The translations under genes and the position numbers were made by a program. The notes below the pieces were generated by a model. It did no database searches. It was not told where the DNA came from and worked only from the letters and a program-made list of their open reading frames with translations. Shown piece by piece: positions 63,117-64,000 of a DNA stretch of 64,000 nucleotides. Location: assembly GCA_965200315.1 (NCBI GenBank), contig OZ241362.1, forward strand, positions 4,032,001 through 4,096,000, given 5' to 3'. Every line of letters starts with the position of its first letter. Position 1 is the first letter of the stretch. This DNA is from Candidatus Latescibacterota bacterium. Its GTDB lineage: Bacteria; Latescibacterota; UBA2968; UBA8231.

Positions 63117-64000
63117 ATGGACAAGGCCCAGCTAGCGGTCATCGGCGGTGGCCCGGGCGGCTACGTCGCTGCCTTTAAGGCTGCGGACTCGGGGTTGGAT
63201 GTCGCATTAATCGACCCAGAAGCCCATCCCGGCGGCGTTTGCCTCTACCGAGGCTGCATCCCCTCCAAGGCTCTCCTGCACATTTCCAAGCTGCTCTACG
63301 AAGCCAAGGAAGCCGAGCATTGGGGCATCCAATTCGCCGCGCCCGAGATCGACCTCGACAAGTTGCGCAGTTGGAAGGATGAGGTCGTCGCCAAGATGAC
63401 TCAGGGCTTGGGTCAACTCGTCAGGGCGCGCAAGCTGACCTACGTGCAGGGACGCGCCCGCTTTGTCGACTCCCACACGCTGCAAATCGACAAAGCCGAC
63501 GGCAGTCAAGGCACCTTGCAGTTTGAGCACACCATCCTCGCCACTGGGTCGCGCCCAGCCGTGCCGGCGCTCTTCGACCAGCCAAACGACCGCGTCATGG
63601 ATTCGACCGCCGCTGTCGCACTCTCCGATATACCCGCCTCCATGCTCGTCGTCGGCGGCGGCATCATCGGCATGGAACTAGGGCAGGTGTACTCAGCCCT
63701 GGGGACCCAAGTTTCGGTCGTCGAAATGCTTCCCGGGCTGATCCCCCCGGCCGACCGCGACTTGGTCAAACCGCTGCACAACAAGGCCGCCGAGCACTTC
63801 TACGAGATCATGCTCAGCACCCAAGTGACTGCGCTCGCCGAGAGCGACGATGGCTTAGAGGTACAATTGCAGAACAGCGACGGCCAGTGCTTTTCCAAGA
63901 CCTACGCCAAAATCCTGCTCGCCGTGGGCCGGGTTCCCAATAGCCGAGACTTGGGTTTGGAACACACCGCCGTCGGCCTCGACGAGCGCGGCTATGTCCA
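63117..64000 (+). CDS. lpdA: dihydrolipoamide dehydrogenase, 3'-truncated by window edge
   Basis: Own translation from ATG 63117: IGGGPGGY, GGVCLYRGCIPSK, LATGS, GGGIIG.E. Confidence 0.95.
   Translation, partial: MDKAQLAVIGGGPGGYVAAFKAADSGLDVALIDPEAHPGGVCLYRGCIPSKALLHISKLLYEAKEAEHWGIQFAAPEIDLDKLRSWKDEVVAKMTQGLGQLVRARKLTYVQGRARFVDSHTLQIDKADGSQGTLQFEHTILATGSRPAVPALFDQPNDRVMDSTAAVALSDIPASMLVVGGGIIGMELGQVYSALGTQVSVVEMLPGLIPPADRDLVKPLHNKAAEHFYEIMLSTQVTALAESDDGLEVQLQNSDGQCFSKTYAKILLAVGRVPNSRDLGLEHTAVGLDERGYV

Overview
GC-rich (about 60%) bacterial chromosomal window made mostly of housekeeping genes: recD2, map, dnaE, pfk-pgk-tpiA-secG-tRNA-Leu, an M16 peptidase, tRNA-Met, a complete F1Fo atp operon directly downstream of a complete Na+-NQR operon (nqrA-F, nqrM), biotin genes (bioF-H/K-C-D-A plus a convergent bioB), panB, an AGCS symporter and aceE-aceF-lpdA. 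The gene content is reminiscent of an uncultured Latescibacterota/Gemmatimonadota-like lineage, possibly host-associated, but that is inference only. Four accessory patches are wrecked by internal deletions: a DUF4011/DUF3320 defence gene that lost its helicase core in frame, a collapsed type I R-M locus, helicase/TPR scraps, and gene halves next to tRNA-Met. The most interesting signals are: (1) the 3' end of an uncharacterised operon (OPT-like membrane protein carrying an apparently circularly permuted FN3/Ig-like insert, a tandem-repeat protein, and a stand-alone PqqD/RRE protein); (2) a GT2 enzyme with full-length resemblance to the eukaryotic queuosine-tRNA galactosyltransferase QTGAL/B3GNTL1; (3) strong CCWGG depletion with CCAAG/CTTGG excess, the footprint expected of unrepaired m5C deamination; (4) a PH/zinc-ribbon ABC exporter paired with DUF1854. 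All family calls come from recognising motifs by eye, and no database search was run.
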